DNA of 48,975 nt, from assembly GCF_004010195.1 (NCBI RefSeq), contig NC_057752.1, forward strand, positions 13,020,352 through 13,069,326. The letters run 5' to 3'. The translations under genes and the position numbers were made by a program. Below, one piece after another: positions 36,440 through 45,279 of this stretch. The notes below the pieces were generated by a model. That model saw nothing but the letters and a program-made list of their open reading frames with translations. It made no database searches and was not told where the DNA came from. Source of the DNA: Chiloscyllium plagiosum (taxonomy: Eukaryota). The stretch's first letter is position 1. Each line of letters opens with the position of its first letter.

Positions 36440-36645
36440 AGTAATCACACACCATCAGGTTATAGTCCCAACAGGTTTTTTTGGCAGCACCAGCTTTCAG
36501 AACACTGCTCCTTCATCAGGACAACCACCTGATGAAGGGGCAGCGCTCCGAAAGCTAGTGCTTCCAAATAAACCTGTTGGACTATAACCTGGTGGTGTGT
36601 GATTTTTAACTTTGTGCACCCAGACCAAAACTGGCACCTCCAAAT
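36440..36645. mobile_element. Penelope family A insertion: two terminal repeats in inverted orientation, 16-bp TSD
   Basis: A minus copy at 36440-36520 and a plus copy at 36521-36645. CATCTCTGAGAAGGTT occurs at 36424-36439 and 36646-36661. Confidence 0.88.
36526..36560 (+). ncRNA. Minimal hammerhead ribozyme motif (family A), core intact
   Basis: CAC-CTGATGA-A-GGGGC-AGC-GCTCC-GAAA-GCTA-GTG. Confidence 0.8.
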
Positions 36646-36756
36646 CATCTCTGAGAAGGTTGATTAGGAAACATAGGTTAAATAATAACAGGCAATTTAA
36701 AAGTTCATTTCCAACTTTAATAAGGCAGTCTATTCAATTTTTTTAATTGATTTTTT

Positions 36757-36865
36757 TTAATCACCCTGTTCAGAGATGTTATTACACACCTCTGGAGGAA
36801 GTGGGACTTGAACCGAGTCCTTTTTGGCTCAGGGTTAGGGACACTACCACTGCACCACAAGAGGG
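36757..36865 (-). mobile_element. Family E short SINE
   Basis: Reverse complement of the 36334 element, with TGGTGCAGTGG and GGTTCAAGTCC. Confidence 0.75.
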
Positions 36866-37389
36866 TAGAAGTACATATTTGCTGCAGCTTGGGTATATAT
36901 TTCACCCGTCATGATCTGTGTTGATGAGGCAGCCAATTACAAAGAGTACAAAAGGCTTGTGACTTGTCATTCCTTCCTGAACTAAGGGAGCTTCTGTCAA
37001 GTCTGAACCCAGGGATAATAAACTAGTTGACCTTCATTAAAAGGAATTTGAACAATTCTGTCAAATAATTCTCCAAATGTCAGATAATTCTAGTTAACTT
37101 TGCAGTGAAAGGACACAGTAAATGAAATTGGGCAAAACAAAGACATCAAAAGTGATGAGATTCAATTACAGCATTTGATGATTTGATTGTGATCTCAATA
37201 CATTGGATTGCAAACAGAAACTTGTCTTCTGCATGCTGATGTCACTGCCAGAAGCAAAACAGAGGCTGAGATGAGACATTGTGAGATATGGACAGAAGAT
37301 GTGGAGGGAAGGTGACAAAAAACAAGAACAGAGTGAGGGAGGTGGAGAACGACGTGTGAGAGTTAGACAAGGGAGGGAGAGAGTTGGAG

Positions 37390-38065
37390 AAGACTATAAA
37401 ATATTGGAGCTGAAGTAGGCCATTTAGTACATATGGTCTCTGTTGTCATTCAATGAGATCTTGGCTGATCTAATCCTCAACTCCTGCCTTTTCCACATTG
37501 CCCTTATTCCCTTCCTGACTAAACATCTCTCTGTCTCAGCCTTGAATATACTTAATGACCCAGCCTCAACAGCCCTGGTGGTAAAGAATTCCACAGATTC
37601 TGTCTGCTGTGAGAGAAGAAATTCCTCCTCCTCTCTGTCTTAAAGGTGGGGAAAGAAGGGAAAACAAGAGGAAACAACTTTTTAGCATCTCACCTGTCAA
37701 GCCCCCTAAAAATTTTAGATATTTCAATCAGGTCACCTCATTATTCCTTCCCTACCTTTTATTTTAGCCTGCTGGACACACTTTCCTCATTCCTGAAGAA
37801 GGGCTCATGCCCGAAACATCGATTCTCCTGTTCCTTGGATGCTGCCTGACCTGCTGCGCTTTTCCAGCAACACATTTTCACCTCATTATTCTAAACTCCA
37901 AGTACAAACACAACGTATTCAATTTCTCATAAGACACTCCCTCCATATCCAGGATCAGCCGAGTGAACTTTTTCTGGACTGTCTCCAATGTCAGTCCATC
38001 TTTCCTTAGCTAAGGGGACCAAAAACCATTCATAGTAATCCAGCTGTGGTATGAGTAGCTTGAAA
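37390..38065 (-). mobile_element. CR1 3' end with a nested Penelope fragment
   Basis: The tail GAAGTAGGCCATT and decayed LDYYEWFLVP / VQKKFTRLI region. Confidence 0.78.
37747..37880 (+). mobile_element. Penelope family B1 terminal fragment with hammerhead motif (37789-37824) and TSD
   Basis: ATTC-CTGAAGA-A-GGGC-TCAT-GCCC-GAAA-CATC-GATT. TCACCTCATTATTC occurs at 37733-37746 and 37878-37891. Confidence 0.82.
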
Positions 38066-38424
38066 TGTTGGAATCGACTCAAACAGAAGTTCTCTCTGTC
38101 CTGATAAGATGCTAAAGATCCCACAGAGCTGACTGTGAAGGAGCCTGGGAGCTGTGGTGGGAAGACAAATATGGCAAAGCATGTTGCATCTGCAGCATAT
38201 CATCTGACCTGCCATCTGTCGTGTCGTTTACTAAAGTTATGAATTAAATCACTCTAATACCCCTGCTCTTTACACTTGAAGAATCTCCATTTTGATGGCT
38301 GTTGTATTTTACCCCTTTTTTAACGCACTCATATCAATATTGTATCAACCAAGCTATTCTAGAGAAAAAGAATAAGAGAACTTTTACTTTAAAGACTAAA
38401 AATACTCACCAATCTTACACATCG

Positions 38425-38582
38425 ATAATGTGGGAGCTGCTGGACACAAGGTGGTTCATAGTGAGCACTTCTGTAGTAGGTGTTTGCAGCTCCAGCAACT
38501 TTGAATCTGAATTGAGGAGCTGGAGTCTGAGCTTCAGACATTGCATCATAGCAGGGAGGGCGATAGTTACCTGGACACCATA
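38425..38582 (+). mobile_element. CR1 ORF1 N-terminal zinc-finger/leucine-zipper remnant
   Basis: With one frameshift it reads MWELLDT/VVHSEHFCSRCLQLQQL*I*IEELESELQTL..REGDSYLD. Confidence 0.7.
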
Positions 38583-38629
38583 TTAGACAAAAGCAACCTC
38601 TTCCCTTCCATAAAAGCCAAACACTGTGT

Positions 38630-38855
38630 GTGCCGGAAATCTGAAACATCGGCAGAGAATGCTGGAGAAACTCAACAGGTCTGGCAGCACCCGTGGAGAG
38701 AGAAACCGAGTGAATATTTCGAGTCTGGTGTGAGTCTTCTTCAGGAGTGGAGATAATTTTGTCAAAGAATCATACTGGACTCAAAGCGTCCACTGTGTTT
38801 TTCTCTCTCCACAGATGCTGTCAGATCTGCTGAGTTTCTGCAGCATTCTCCATCC
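38630..38855. mobile_element. Older Penelope-like terminal repeats (family C) in inverted orientation, with decayed hammerheads
   Basis: Arms ~38655-38706 and ~38800-38851 are reverse complements. The minus strand retains CTGAAGA-A-...-GACTC-GAAA. Confidence 0.65.
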
Positions 38856-39168
38856 TCTGCTTGATTCCTTGAGATGTCCAACTCTGATACTTTATTGAAT
38901 GTCCCACTAAGTTGGCTACTTATGTTTGCTCTCAACACCGAGTCTATCTGAGTCAGTTCATAAGGATCTAGTTTGTGGTCCCTTCGATAGGATGCCCTTT
39001 CAATGCACCCCTTGGAGACAAGCCTGCTCAAAGATGACAGCTCCAGGATTTTTAACTACAGGTTTCACTTCAGTGCCAACTGTAAATTACAAAATGCACA
39101 AACTCAATCCAAGCCTGGACTGAAATTACTGGATAAATTTGATGAAGGGAATTACGGAGATGGAGAAG

Positions 39169-39358
39169 GACACACACACACGCATAAAAACATTCACACA
39201 AATGCTCTTACACACTGTTGCACTCTCACAAACGCTCACCACATATGCAGACACACGCACACTCAGACACAAACACAGAGACACGCTTACATTCACACTC
39301 ACACAAACACACACAGACACCTGCTCACCCCCACAGACATACGTGCACACACCCGCAA
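39169..39358. repeat. Degenerate CA-rich simple repeat
   Basis: Directly visible; it is the source of the His/Thr-rich spurious ORFs. Confidence 0.9.
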
Positions 39359-40310
39359 ACTCTCTTATTTATACAATCACTTTCTTTTTAAAAATGTACT
39401 TTCCTTCATGTCAGAGCTGTGGGAGTGAGGAGATTGATCATTCTGGATAGGGAGAGAGAAATTCACAGACCTATCCTTCACAGCTATCCATCGTATATTC
39501 TTTCATGCTTGGCTCTTTGTGGTGAACATCAAGCACAGACAATATTTTTTCCTGTCCTGCTGAGGTTTTGAGTTGTCAGCTTTGTTTGGCAGGGGTTGAG
39601 GTTAGCTTTTTTTTCTGTCACAAGCTGTTGGTGCACCTTTGCTAATGTTCCTGGTCGCCACGTGTACATGAGTAGCCTAATTGGCACCACAAGCGGGCAG
39701 ACTTCTTGGCATGAGCCCAACTGGTCAGGGGCGTAAGTGGCGATGGACAATCACTCAGTTGATGGCCTGTCCTGAGGAGGAGAAAGGCGTTTTGTGTATT
39801 GACTAAGGACAGCAGTCCAAAGAAACAAAGACACTGCCCAAAAAAGGCCATTAATTTGCTGTGGTGCGGGTGCATAATACACTTGACAGGAACCTTTCAG
39901 TGTTTTCTGTTGCAAAAGTTGTTAAGGTTGCATGAAGTGTACTTGTATGAATAACCACTCGAGTGATTAATTTGGCTCTCACAGATCTGAAATATAATAT
40001 AATACACACACAATGTAACCCAGGGAATTCTGGGAAATGACTGCTTTTGGCACCGCTGAATCTGGCTCTCAGCAGATTATTTTTGTTCAGTTAAGCCACA
40101 GACAAGGATCTCCACGTTTGCTGACTTCGATGAATCTTACCCCCTGTGCTTTGGGAGGAAGGAAGCTGAAAGCAAGGTCCTTCTGTCTTAAACTTAACCG
40201 TATACGCAGATGAGCACTGATCTGGTTTTAAAATATTGTTGTAACAACAACAACTTACATTTATAAAGCACCTATAACACAAGAAAGCAGTCCAAGGTGT
40301 TTCACAAGAA

Positions 40311-40600
40311 CCGGCATGGTGGCTCAGTGGTTAGCACTGCTGCCTCATAGTGCCGGCAACCTGGATTCGATTCCAGTCTTGGAGTGTCTGTGTGGAGTTT
40401 CCACATTCTCCCTGTGTCTGCGTGGGTTTCCTCCCACAATCCAAAGATGTGCAGGTTAGGTGAATTGGCCATGGGAAATTGCCCCATAATGTTAGGTGCA
40501 TTAGTCAGGGGTAAATATAGGGTAGGGGGATGGGTTACTCTTTGGAGGATCAGTGTGGACTCGTTGAGCCGAAGGGTCTTTTCCATACTGCAGGAAATCT
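40311..40600 (+). mobile_element. HE1-type SINE
   Basis: Co-linear with the other HE1 copies. Confidence 0.88.
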
Positions 40601-40624
40601 CTTCAAGAAGGAAGTGTGACACCA

Positions 40625-41105
40625 AGCCACATCATGACAGTGATTGCCTGAGAAAGGGTGCAGAGGAAATATGTCAGGATATTGCCTGGGCTGGATAATT
40701 CAGCGATGAAGAGAGACTGGATAGGCTGGTGTTGTTTTCCTTAGAGCTGAGGGTGAATCGGATGGAAGTGTATCCAGTTCTGAGGGGAATAGACAGGGTA
40801 GATGGATAGAAACATTTCCCCTTAGTCAAGGAGTCAGTGACCAGGGGGCACAGTAAGGAGCACGAAGTTTAAAGGGGGATTTGAGGAAATACTTTTTCAC
40901 CCAGTGGGTGGTGAGAATCTGAAACTCACTGTCAGAAAGGGTGGTACAGGCAGAAACCCTCAATACATGTAAGAACTATTTTGATAGTGAGATAGCATAA
41001 AGCTACAAGCCAAGTGTTGGAACAGAGCATCAGAATGGATGGAGGTTTGATGACTAGCACAGACACGATGTGCCAAAGGGCCTCATTCCACACTGTAAAA
41101 ACTCG
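40625..41105 (+). mobile_element. Old CR1 3' end
   Basis: Decayed EERLDRLVLFSLE and FFTQWVVRI*NSL peptides, with tail AAGGGCCTCATTCCACACTGTA. Confidence 0.75.
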
Positions 41106-41254
41106 ACGACTCGAGAAGCAGAGTTGGGTTGACTGAGAAACATAATCGAGAACGTTGGTTTTCAGGCCCATCTCAAATGAGGAAGGTGAAGTGGAGAGGT
41201 TGGCTGGAGCAATCAAACTCGAGGGTGCTTAAGGAGATGAGATGAGCAGAGTCC

Positions 41255-41401
41255 CCAGGGAGGTGTAGGGACTGGAGGAGATTACAGAGATAGAGAGGGG
41301 GTGTAGGGGCTGGAGGAGGTTACAGAGATAGGGAGGGGGTGTGGGGGCTGGAGGGAGCTACAGAGATAGGGAGGGGATGTAGGGACAGTGGGACGTTACA
41401 G
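41255..41401 (+). repeat. ~36-42 bp G-rich minisatellite (GTGTAGGGGCTGGAGGAGGTTACAGAGATAGGGAGG) running into a gap
   Basis: About four visible copies. Confidence 0.85.
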
Positions 41402-41419
41402 NNNNNNNNNNNNNNNNNN
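41402..41419. other. Assembly gap (18 N)
   Basis: Run of N. Confidence 1.
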
Positions 41420-41584
41420 GGCCAATCCACCCTAACCTGCACATCCCTGGGCACTATGGGACAATTTAGCATGGGATTTGGAATGGCATGCCTCGTCAGC
41501 AGTGAATTTGGGATGGGAAGCGAGGAGCATTTTAAAACATTTACTCATGTAACGTGGATATTGATGGCTGGGCCCAGAATGTAT

Positions 41585-41885
41585 TAGGTAAACACAATGA
41601 CTGTAGATGCTGGAAACCAGATTCTGGATTAGAGTGGTGCTGGAAGAGCACAGCAGGTCAGGCAGCATCCGAGGACCAGGAAAATCGACGTTTCAGGCAA
41701 AAGCCCTTCATCAGGAATACAGGCAGAGAGCCTGAAGGGTGGAGAGATAAATGAGAGGAGGGTGGGGGTGGGGAGAAAGTAGCATTGAGTACAGTGGGTG
41801 AGTGGGGGAGGGGATGAAGGTGATAGGTCAGGGAGGAGAGGGTGGAGTGGATAGGTGGGATTGAAGACAGGCAGGTAGGACAAGT
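41585..41885 (-). mobile_element. Penelope family B2 terminal fragment with hammerhead motif (41683-41718)
   Basis: ATTC-CTGATGA-A-GGGC-TTTT-GCCT-GAAA-CGTC-GATT, with the same terminus as 16774. Confidence 0.82.
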
Positions 41886-42082
41886 ATTTATTACCCCGTC
41901 CCTAGTTGCCCCTTGAGAAGGTGGGGGTTGAGCTGCCATCTTGAACTCCTGCGGTCCATGTGCTGTGGGTTGACCCACAATGCACTGAGGGAGGGAATTC
42001 CAGGATTTTGACCTAGTGACACTGAAGGAACGGTGATATATTTCCAAGTCAGGATGGTGAGGGGCTCGGAGGGGAACTTGTG
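41885..42082 (-). mobile_element. LINE family B 3' fragment
   Basis: Peptide RSFSVTRSKSWNSLPQ; matches 27350-27550. Confidence 0.82.
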
Positions 42083-42089
42083 AAAACGA

Positions 42090-42900
42090 ACAGTGTGTCT
42101 TCAGATGGCGTCACTGAGGGGCAGCACGGAGATGAGAAATAGGAGGGGAACAAGGATCGATCCTTGGGGGATTATCTGAGGGAACAGGAGCAGGAAGAGA
42201 AGCCATTGTGAGTGATTCTCTGGTTACGAGGAGGTGGATAAGGAAGGAAATGGGTGACAGTGGAGAGGGGCTGGAGGAGGATGGGATGGTCACTGTGTCA
42301 GAGGCTGCAGACAGCTCGAGGAGACTGAGGAGGGAATGTTTACCACAGTCAGTCACACAGGAACTGATCAGAGCTGTTTCCAACAGAGGCACGGACAGGA
42401 ACCTGAGTGGAGTGTTCAATCATGGAGCTTTAGGAAAGATCGGAATGGATGTGTGAGGTTCAAAGAGGAAAGGGAGGCTGGAGGTGGGACGGACAATTGT
42501 AAGGATGGCTGGGTGAAGCGATGGTTTGTTTTGGAGGAGGGGGTGACAACGACAAATGTAAAGGGGAGAAAGAGGGACAACATCTGAAGAGAGAGAGAGA
42601 GAGAAAAAACCATTCACAATGTTGGCTATCATGGAGACTGTGAGGGACAGTTGGGTGGTCAACAGTTTACTGGGACTAGGAGCAAGAGGTGGGTCTGATA
42701 GACAGGTGAATTTAGAAAAGGCAAGAGAGGAAGGTGGAGAGAAGCCAGAGGAAGATTTCAGAATCAGGCTTCAGGAGAACAGGAAAGGGAGGTGCCTATT
42801 GGGTGATTGGAAAGGGAGCTATCCAGTTGGGAGATTGGAAAGGGAGCTATCCAGTTGGGTGATTGGATGAGGTTGAAGAGGTAATGGAGAGGGGTTTACA
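42090..42900 (-). mobile_element. Decayed L2-clade LINE reverse-transcriptase region
   Basis: Minus-strand peptides PQGSILVPLLFLISVLPL (~42113-42168), LLELSAASDTV and LETALI correspond to L2-type RT motifs. Confidence 0.75.
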
Positions 42901-43999
42901 AAATCGGTTTTCAGTGAAGAAGGCATAGGATGATCCTGGAAGAGTGCGCATTTTAGCAGACCAGAGGAGGACCCGATTTTGTTTCAGGTGGTTCAGCCAA
43001 GGCTGATGGCACCTGAGGTGGAACCTTGCGTGTATTAAATTTGGAGTTCATTCATTCTCAGAAGTGGAACAAGATCATCATTCCAGTCGCTGAAGGTCGA
43101 GCAGTTTAAGCCCAGAGAAATAAAGGTTATCATTTTGACTTTGGCCAGCAGTGTAGTATGAGAGATGCCCATGATATGCCGCTCTTCATTTCAGTTTCCA
43201 AGGACAGGTTGACTGAATCTGGCATTGTCCGTTTTACACTAGCAACAATGTTGTAACTCCTTGCCAGGCTCTGAAAGTTTCTGAACTCCGAAGCAAGTCA
43301 GATGGAATGCATTCTCTGAAACATGCGTTTCTTGCTTCCTTCTTTTTCCAATGTTTCCACAGCCTCACTCCCTCTCTCTGTCTCGCTGTGTAACCTTTGT
43401 CCAGCCTGAACCACCCTCCAAGATCTCTGCAGTCCATCTCTTGTGCATCACTGAGTTTTGCTTCGCTGCCATTGGCCTCTCGTTGCCTTAACCCCAGCAT
43501 CGCTCTTTGTTTTACTGGTCCTGAGCAGAGATGCAGCACGGTAGGCAATTTCTCTCGCAACCTGGCTTTCAGAAACATCCCATCGATTCAGCTGTCCTGG
43601 AATTTAATTGGGGACCTGGGAGCAGAGAGTTGCTCAGGAGTGGGCTGTGCCAATGGTGCTATTATAGCTAAAGTCAGGAGACCAGCTTCCAACATGAAAA
43701 TGCCCTCCCGCCAAGGCCAGTTGTCAGAGTTGGGGCATCTCCAAAGAAACAGAAGTCCTGTAAATGGATCCTCTTCTAGGTTTGAAATAAAAGAAGCAAA
43801 GAATGTGCACTTATATTGTGCCTTTTATGACATCCCAAAGCATTTTACTCTCAATTAGGTTCTTTTTGGAGCATGAGCATTTTGCATCTTTACACCTTCC
43901 TACATTTCTGCTCCCAAGATAAGTGCAGGTATTGCAACAGTGCAAATCATTGTAATCTTGCTTTGGAGTCAAAAGGTCCACTTTGGAGACTTATTACAA

Positions 44000-44322
44000 A
44001 ATGCAGGCTGCATTGTCTTTCAGATGAGACACGGAGCCTTGAGACCTCATCTGCTCTCTCAAGTGGATGGAAAAAAAAACCTCATGTCTAAGATGAGCAG
44101 GGGAGTTCTGGTCCCAGCCAATGTTTATCTGTCAACCAGCAACACTGGAAAACAGCTTAATCCGTTTATTATTATATCGCTGCTTGTGGGAGCTTGCTGT
44201 TCCCACATTATACTCTGTATTTCCAGTCATACAATAGCAACAGTGCCTGAAGCAGTTACTACTGCTGAAAAGCACTCTGGGACATCCGAAGGTTGGGAAA
44301 GGTGCTACAGAATGTGTGTCTG
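44000..44322 (+). mobile_element. DeuSINE (SacSINE1/AmnSINE1-like)
   Basis: GTCTTTCAGATGAGAC...CTGCTCTCTCAAGTGGA...GAGCAGGGGAGTTCT...CCAATGTTTATC...TGTGGGAGCTTGCTGT...GGGACATCC..GAAAGGTGCTA. Family assignment is from recalled consensus. Confidence 0.7.
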
Positions 44323-44568
44323 ACTTTTGCTTCCTGTGCCAAGTGCTATGCTGATATCAATATCTGATACAGGATAACTGTCACTGCCCTCTTTGTGAAG
44401 CCTGGCACAGCTTGGATAGTGGTGGCACAGCTTGGGTAGTGGCAGCCCAAGCATTTCAATACCTCCTTTCATCTGGATGTTCAGGGGCAGACTCTTATGG
44501 CAATGTGTTGAGAGTGCTTGTAGGGGCTCAATAAATGACTTATGACTAGCGGTTACAGTCAGTGTCAG

Positions 44569-44685
44569 GCTGGAGGCTCCCTGCCTCCATTCCTGATGAA
44601 GGGCTTTTGCCCGAAATGTTAATTTTCCTGCTCCTCGGATGCTGCCTGATCTGCTGTGCTTTTCCAGCACCGCTCTAATCTAGAC
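44569..44685 (+). mobile_element. 117-bp Penelope family B2 fragment with hammerhead motif (44589-44624) and 15-bp TSD
   Basis: CTGATGA-A-GGGC-TTTT-GCCC-GAAA-TGTT. TACAGTCAGTGTCAG occurs at 44554-44568 and 44686-44700. Confidence 0.88.
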
Positions 44686-45182
44686 TACAGTCAGTGTCAG
44701 TCCTGTTTACCAGCCAGTGTTTTGTATAATTACTGTGTATACTAATCCATCTGGAGCATATAGCCTGTGTAAGTGATAGTGTGGATTGGTGGCTAGCTGA
44801 CCACACAATGAGAAACTGCAGCCCTGAGGTGATTCGACACACAACATTGAGGGAAGTCTCTTGCTGAGGCTGAGACAGTGTGTCCATTAACTCTCTCAAA
44901 TTGACATGGAAACAAAACTGGTTGAAAGTGAGATTCAAGGACTGAGATAATCAAGTGGTTCATAGAGCAGAATGGTATTTGGGGCCGACATTAAAAATTA
45001 ATTTTAAGATGAGAGGGACTATTTAGCACATCCGTGCAAGGAGATACTCGCATTGAGGTGATTCTTAATGATTTAACGATCACAAGAGTTTTGCCTTCAG
45101 TACATATTGTTGATCTTTCTAAAATGATGAATCTCCTGATAATGTTTACGTTTTTAAAAAATATTTAACCTATTTTTCGAAT

Positions 45183-45279
45183 GAATCTGTTCAGGGATGT
45201 GATGACACACCTGTGGAGCAGGTGGAACTTGAACCCGGGCCTCCCAGCACAGGGATAGGGGCACTACCACAAGAGGGCC
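45183..45279 (-). mobile_element. Family E short SINE
   Basis: Homologous to 36757-36865, with B-box GGGTTCAAGTTCC. Confidence 0.7.

Larger units (their letters stand above)
36334..36672 (+). mobile_element. Short (~120 nt) tRNA-derived SINE (family E) interrupted by a Penelope insertion
   Basis: A-box-like TGGTGCAGGGG, B-box GGGTTCAAGTCC, and 3' end ACATCTCTGA.AGGTTGATTAG. Homologues at 36757-36865, 45183-45279 and 22189-22228. Confidence 0.7.

Noticed and set aside
39003..39450. His/Thr-rich ORFs
   Set aside because: These are translations of a CA-rich simple repeat.
42801..42868. 28-bp tandem duplication (and a 20-bp one at ~44403-44441)
   Set aside because: These are ordinary local slippage duplications with no sign of function.
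43397..43858. 153-aa ORF
   Set aside because: It has a non-ATG start, no recognisable domain and no DH-domain motif, and its end overlaps a SINE tail.
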